From assembly GCA_946410555.1 (NCBI GenBank), contig CAMKAT010000002.1:45235-109234 (forward strand): a DNA stretch of 64,000 bases. The letters run 5' to 3'. A program made the translations under genes and the position numbers. The DNA comes from an uncultured Bacillales bacterium (GTDB taxonomy: Bacteria > Bacillota_I > Bacilli_A > RF39 > UBA660). Below the pieces are notes generated by a model. The model saw nothing but the letters and a program-made list of their open reading frames with translations, had not been told where the DNA came from and searched no databases. Positions 60,101-64,000 of the stretch are shown one piece after another (within the stretch, counting starts at the first letter, position 1; every line of letters starts with the position of its first letter).

Positions 60101-60559
60101 CTACTTAATTATATTATTATTAACTTCGATTGGTTTGCCTTTGAAACCAGAAGTTATTTTAAATTTTATATTATTTGTATTATCAGTTTGATTAGTAATA
60201 GTAACTATAAAAGAAGTTTCCTCTTGAGGAGATAAATCTCTTTTAATAGCAGACTTATTCTCTATTAAGAAAGATTCTCCTTCATAGAAAAGCGAGTATG
60301 ATGTATCAATATCATTATTACTCTTAACATGGAATACTAATTCTTTAGTTTCATTTGGAGCAAATTCTATTTCATTATCATATCCTTCGATTGTAAGAAC
60401 ATTTTGTATTTCCTGGATTGTCATAATTGTAGTATCTTTTGATACTGGTATGTAATATGAGAAAGATACTTTCATTAACACGACAGTCAAAGTCATCATA
60501 GCAATAATTGAAAAATATAAACCTCTTGGTTTATTCAAGAAATTTCTAAAATATTTCAT
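60101..60559 (-). CDS. Membrane-anchored Ig-like protein (152 aa), unknown function
   Basis: N-terminal TM helix, then a beta-rich body; 7 nt upstream of the GT2 gene. Confidence 0.45.
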   Translation of the reverse strand: MKYFRNFLNKPRGLYFSIIAMMTLTVVLMKVSFSYYIPVSKDTTIMTIQEIQNVLTIEGYDNEIEFAPNETKELVFHVKSNNDIDTSYSLFYEGESFLIENKSAIKRDLSPQEETSFIVTITNQTDNTNNIKFKITSGFKGKPIEVNNNIIK

Positions 60560-60644
60560 AAAATCACTTTCCTAAATGTATTATAACATATTTTAATTAA
60601 TTTACTAATATAGTATGTGATGATATAATTTTCTTGGTGGTTAT

Positions 60645-61412
60645 ATGGAAACTTTCGTTTATTATGTGTTTATCTTTTATATTTATTCATTTATTGGATG
60701 GGCACAAGAAGTATTACAAAGTATTGTTAAATTTAAGAGATTTATTAATAGAGGTTTTTTAATTGGTCCTATTTGTCCAGTTTATGGATTTGGATCAATT
60801 ATGATTACTTTCTTCTTAAAAAAATATATTGATCAACCATTCTTTGTATTTTTAACAGCAATATTTATATGTTGTACACTTGAATACTTTACTTCATATA
60901 TATTAGAAAAATTGTTTAAAGCACGTTGGTGGGATTACTCACATATGAAATTTAATATTAATGGACGTATTTGTTTAGAGTGTGGATTAGGATTTGGAAT
61001 TGGAGCTATGGCTATTCTTTATATTATCAATCCATATGTAATAGATCCTATATTTAAACATTGTGATATTCAATTGCTTACTCACATTACATATATAGTA
61101 TTAAGCCTACAAGTATTAGATACAGTTGTATCATTTAGCTTTATATCTAAACTTAAAAATATTTCAAATTCAATTAAATCTGATAATACTGAAGTTATTA
61201 CAAGAGAAGTAAAGAAAATGCTTGAAGCATCAACTATGCCATACAAGAGATTACTTGAATCATTCCCTAACATGCAAATTAACAATAGAATGTCTATTAT
61301 AAAAAGTAAGTTAGAAGAACAAAAAAAGAAATATTTAAAATATATTAATAAGACTAAAAGAAAATATAAGATAGCCAAGAAAACTTCTAAAGAAAATAAA
61401 AAACGCATTTAA
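60645..61412 (+). CDS. Putative ABC-transporter type IV / CmpB-like membrane protein (PF06541-like)
   Basis: IYSFIGWAQEVLQSIV...NRGFLIGPICPVYGFG signature; K-rich C-terminal tail. Confidence 0.6.
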   Translation: METFVYYVFIFYIYSFIGWAQEVLQSIVKFKRFINRGFLIGPICPVYGFGSIMITFFLKKYIDQPFFVFLTAIFICCTLEYFTSYILEKLFKARWWDYSHMKFNINGRICLECGLGFGIGAMAILYIINPYVIDPIFKHCDIQLLTHITYIVLSLQVLDTVVSFSFISKLKNISNSIKSDNTEVITREVKKMLEASTMPYKRLLESFPNMQINNRMSIIKSKLEEQKKKYLKYINKTKRKYKIAKKTSKENKKRI

Positions 61413-61425
61413 TAATGCGTTTTTA
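61398..61425. terminator. Bidirectional terminator between convergent genes
   Basis: ACGCATT-taat-AATGCGT flanked by A- and T-runs. Confidence 0.65.
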
Positions 61426-61899
61426 TTGTTGATTATTGTTATCTTGATTATCACTTGGAGGTGCCATTAAATCAGGCATCCCAGTATTTGCAGGTTCTTC
61501 TGTAACAGGTGCTTCAGTTACTGGAGTAGCATTAACACTTGGAGTTACTAAGTAAGCTAACATGATAATAGGTCCACCAATTGGAATAAATAGGATTAAA
61601 TAATACCAACCGGATTTACCAATATCATGAAGTCTTCTTACAACGATAGAAATACTAGGAATGACATTAGCTAAAACCCATAAGTAATAAATCATTATAC
61701 CTACATGGTTACCAGTTATTTTATAAGTTCCTTCAAAATAATCAATTTCAAATCTTATAGGAAAGAGAATTCCAATAATTATTCCTAGGATAAGAACAAA
61801 TACAAAAATTGATAATACTGTCATCCAGTATTCTTTTCTTGTAGCCTTTCCTTTGAAATCAAATGCATTTACCCAATATTTTTTAAAATAATCTAACAT
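61423..61899 (-). CDS. DUF805 family membrane protein with a proline-rich C-terminal tail
   Basis: FDFKGKATRKEYWM ... VRRLHDIGKSGWYYL. Start set at ATG 61899. Confidence 0.78.
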   Translation of the reverse strand: MLDYFKKYWVNAFDFKGKATRKEYWMTVLSIFVFVLILGIIIGILFPIRFEIDYFEGTYKITGNHVGIMIYYLWVLANVIPSISIVVRRLHDIGKSGWYYLILFIPIGGPIIMLAYLVTPSVNATPVTEAPVTEEPANTGMPDLMAPPSDNQDNNNQQ

Positions 61900-61978
61900 A
61901 TAAACTTTCATCCTTTCTATCTTAATTATAATAAATAAACTCAATTTTTCAACAAAATAAAAAACGCTTTATAAGCGT

Positions 61979-62746
61979 TTAACATTTAAAGTTATCACAA
62001 GTTGTTGTTACTTCACTTCTAGATAGTAAGGAAAATAACTTATCAAATGTGTCTTTTTCATTTTTTTTGATTTCTTCAGTTAATTCCATGTAAGGATCAC
62101 TAATAGTTTCAGGAATACCTGTAACTTTCATTTCTGCTACTCCATCTTTAACTAATATAAAGTTAGGTGCATATATTCTTTTTTCGTTAATTGTAACCTT
62201 TTTAGTTTTTCCTTTAGCATTAACATATGTTAATGGTTCATAATCATCTAAAACATTTGAAAGTTTATTTAATAATTCATAATAAGCATTTGAACCTTCT
62301 TTAGTTCTAATAGCTTCATGAGATTCATTTAATTCATATTTATCTCTGATTTCTTTAATATCTAAGTAATAAACATTTTCAATTGAATGATCTTTAGCTG
62401 AATTAATAAACTCTTCGATTACACTTCTACACCATGGACATGATGAGAACCCAAAATAAACTACAAATGTTTCCTTATTATTAATTAATTCTAATAATTT
62501 TTCATCAGTAATATATTCAAATGGATTATTATTATCAATATTTAAATTTCTAACTGTTTTACCAGATTCTGTTTCTTTGCCATTAATGCCTTCGTATTCT
62601 TCTTTAAACTTTATAGCGTCTGTAATACTGTTTTCTATATTAGATGTCATATCACTTTCTGTATATAATTCAGAAAAGATATAAACTATAAATAATGCTA
62701 CTAATAAGAAGATGCAAATCACAAATGCTGTAGTTTTCTTCTTCAT
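61979..62746 (-). CDS. Membrane-anchored thioredoxin-fold protein (CPWC active site)
   Basis: FVVYFGFSSCPWCRSVIEEFI; N-terminal TM helix. Confidence 0.65.
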   Translation of the reverse strand: MKKKTTAFVICIFLLVALFIVYIFSELYTESDMTSNIENSITDAIKFKEEYEGINGKETESGKTVRNLNIDNNNPFEYITDEKLLELINNKETFVVYFGFSSCPWCRSVIEEFINSAKDHSIENVYYLDIKEIRDKYELNESHEAIRTKEGSNAYYELLNKLSNVLDDYEPLTYVNAKGKTKKVTINEKRIYAPNFILVKDGVAEMKVTGIPETISDPYMELTEEIKKNEKDTFDKLFSLLSRSEVTTTCDNFKC

Positions 62747-62874
62747 GCTTTAATTGCCTCATTTCCAAATAAAATTATATCAAATGGGATATTAAAAATA
62801 AACATAAAATTTAGCCCTGCAACCTATGAGAAATATTACATATGTAGTATAATTATTTTAGGAGGCTTTAGAAA

Positions 62875-64000
62875 ATGAAAGTTTTATTTAAAAAGTTAAA
62901 AAGGACAAAACTAAGTATTAGACTTATATACTATTTTGTATTAATTCTATTCTTAGTTTCTTATATATTCTTTGTAAGATCACTACTCTTACTTAATGGT
63001 GTAGAAAATACAATTAGAATTGTGGTAATGATTGTACTGGGTACATTCTTACTTCTATATTGGTTTATAGACCTACTCTTACTGTTAGTTAAAAGATATA
63101 AGACAGTAGTGGTCTTAAGTACAATATGTATGTTGATATCATGTGTTTGTATTATTGGTAGTTTATATATCAATAGAGCTTACTCATTACTTGGTAAGAT
63201 AACTGAAGATAAACTTACTACTTATACTAGTGATTTAATACTAATGAGTGGTACTGAATTTAAAAATGAATCTTCATTTAAAGTTGGTATTATTAATAAT
63301 GAAAGTGATATCGAAGGTAATGTACTAGCTTATGAACTTATAGATAAAGAAAAAATTAAGAATGTTACAATTAATAAATATGATACATACTTTGAAATGT
63401 TAGAACTATTATATAACGGTGAATTAAATGGTGTATTTGTTGGTGATGGATATGTAGATACATATTCTACTTATGAACAATATGAGAACATAGCAACAGA
63501 TACTAAAGTTCAATTTAGTTATTCTAAAAAAATGGAAGCAAAAGAAATAATTGAAAATAACCATTCTAATGTAACTGAACCATTCTCAATATTACTTATT
63601 GGAGTTGATTCAGAAAAGAGTTCATTAAATTTCAACTCAGGATTTAATAGCGATACATTAATGATGGTTACATTTAATCCAAAAACATTAAGTGCTACAG
63701 TATTCTCTATTCCAAGAGATACTTATGTACCTATTTGTAATAAAGGTATTTCAAGTAAAATAAATTCTGCTTCTGCTTATGGTGGAGCATGTGTTGTTAA
63801 AACGGTAGAAAACTTAACTGGTATTCCAATTGACTTCTATGCAATGATTAACTTCCAAGGTGTAGTTGATTTGGTAGATGCTCTTGGTGGAGTTACAGTT
63901 GATGTACAAACTCCTGATTTTACAAAACAATATGGTGGTCAAGTTTGTGAACAAAATTCAAAGAGACAATTTGGTAATCAAATAATTTGTATGAATCCTG
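62875..64000 (+). CDS. LytR-CpsA-Psr (LCP) family protein, 3' end beyond the window
   Basis: Not in the track because it is open at the edge. ATG 62875 lies 9 nt after GGAGG. TM helices, then FSILLIGVDS...SDTLMMVTFNPK...SIPRDTYV...INSA...GIPIDFYAMINFQGVVDLVDALGGV. Confidence 0.85.
   Translation, partial: MKVLFKKLKRTKLSIRLIYYFVLILFLVSYIFFVRSLLLLNGVENTIRIVVMIVLGTFLLLYWFIDLLLLLVKRYKTVVVLSTICMLISCVCIIGSLYINRAYSLLGKITEDKLTTYTSDLILMSGTEFKNESSFKVGIINNESDIEGNVLAYELIDKEKIKNVTINKYDTYFEMLELLYNGELNGVFVGDGYVDTYSTYEQYENIATDTKVQFSYSKKMEAKEIIENNHSNVTEPFSILLIGVDSEKSSLNFNSGFNSDTLMMVTFNPKTLSATVFSIPRDTYVPICNKGISSKINSASAYGGACVVKTVENLTGIPIDFYAMINFQGVVDLVDALGGVTVDVQTPDFTKQYGGQVCEQNSKRQFGNQIICMNP

Overview
AT-rich, densely coding chromosomal segment of a cell-walled low-GC Firmicute, read with the standard code (conserved genes are full length and TGA is used as a stop). 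About 66 protein genes are present, roughly 85% of them on the minus strand. The housekeeping backbone is clear. It includes rodZ-pgsA-recA-(small membrane gene)-rny in Bacillus-like order, gpsB abutting the RNase P RNA gene, SsbB-like ssb, prsA, rnhC, an S41 protease, ltaS and rsuA-tlyA. It also includes dCMP deaminase, a CBS-type family II pyrophosphatase, uvrB, a GT2 and an LCP protein. RNA genes I can support are one tRNA-Gly(GCC) and one type-B-like RNase P RNA. Five accessory or unusual elements stand out. (1) An ~8.7 kb integrative mobilizable element lies just downstream of tRNA-Gly. It carries a large serine recombinase, a MobV relaxase with an oriT-like inverted-repeat field, and five cargo genes with no assignable function, one of them an HExxH protein coupled to a DUF1292-like peptide. 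(2) A ~0.5 kb ORF-free, GC-enriched region has its own promoter and terminator, which suggests a large structured ncRNA. It sits directly upstream of a small 4-TM protein, an OLE/OapA-like arrangement, but the RNA class is unassigned. (3) A second ~0.5 kb ORF-free hairpin-rich region lies at 57.95-58.55 kb. (4) A SipW-centred operon has TasA-like signal peptides, and its SipW is fused to a large polytopic domain. (5) Two surface proteins carry prepilin (class III) signal peptides fused to GH5 and/or DUF285 repeats. No CRISPR array, rRNA or transposase was seen. All functional calls come from motif recognition by eye; no searches were run.
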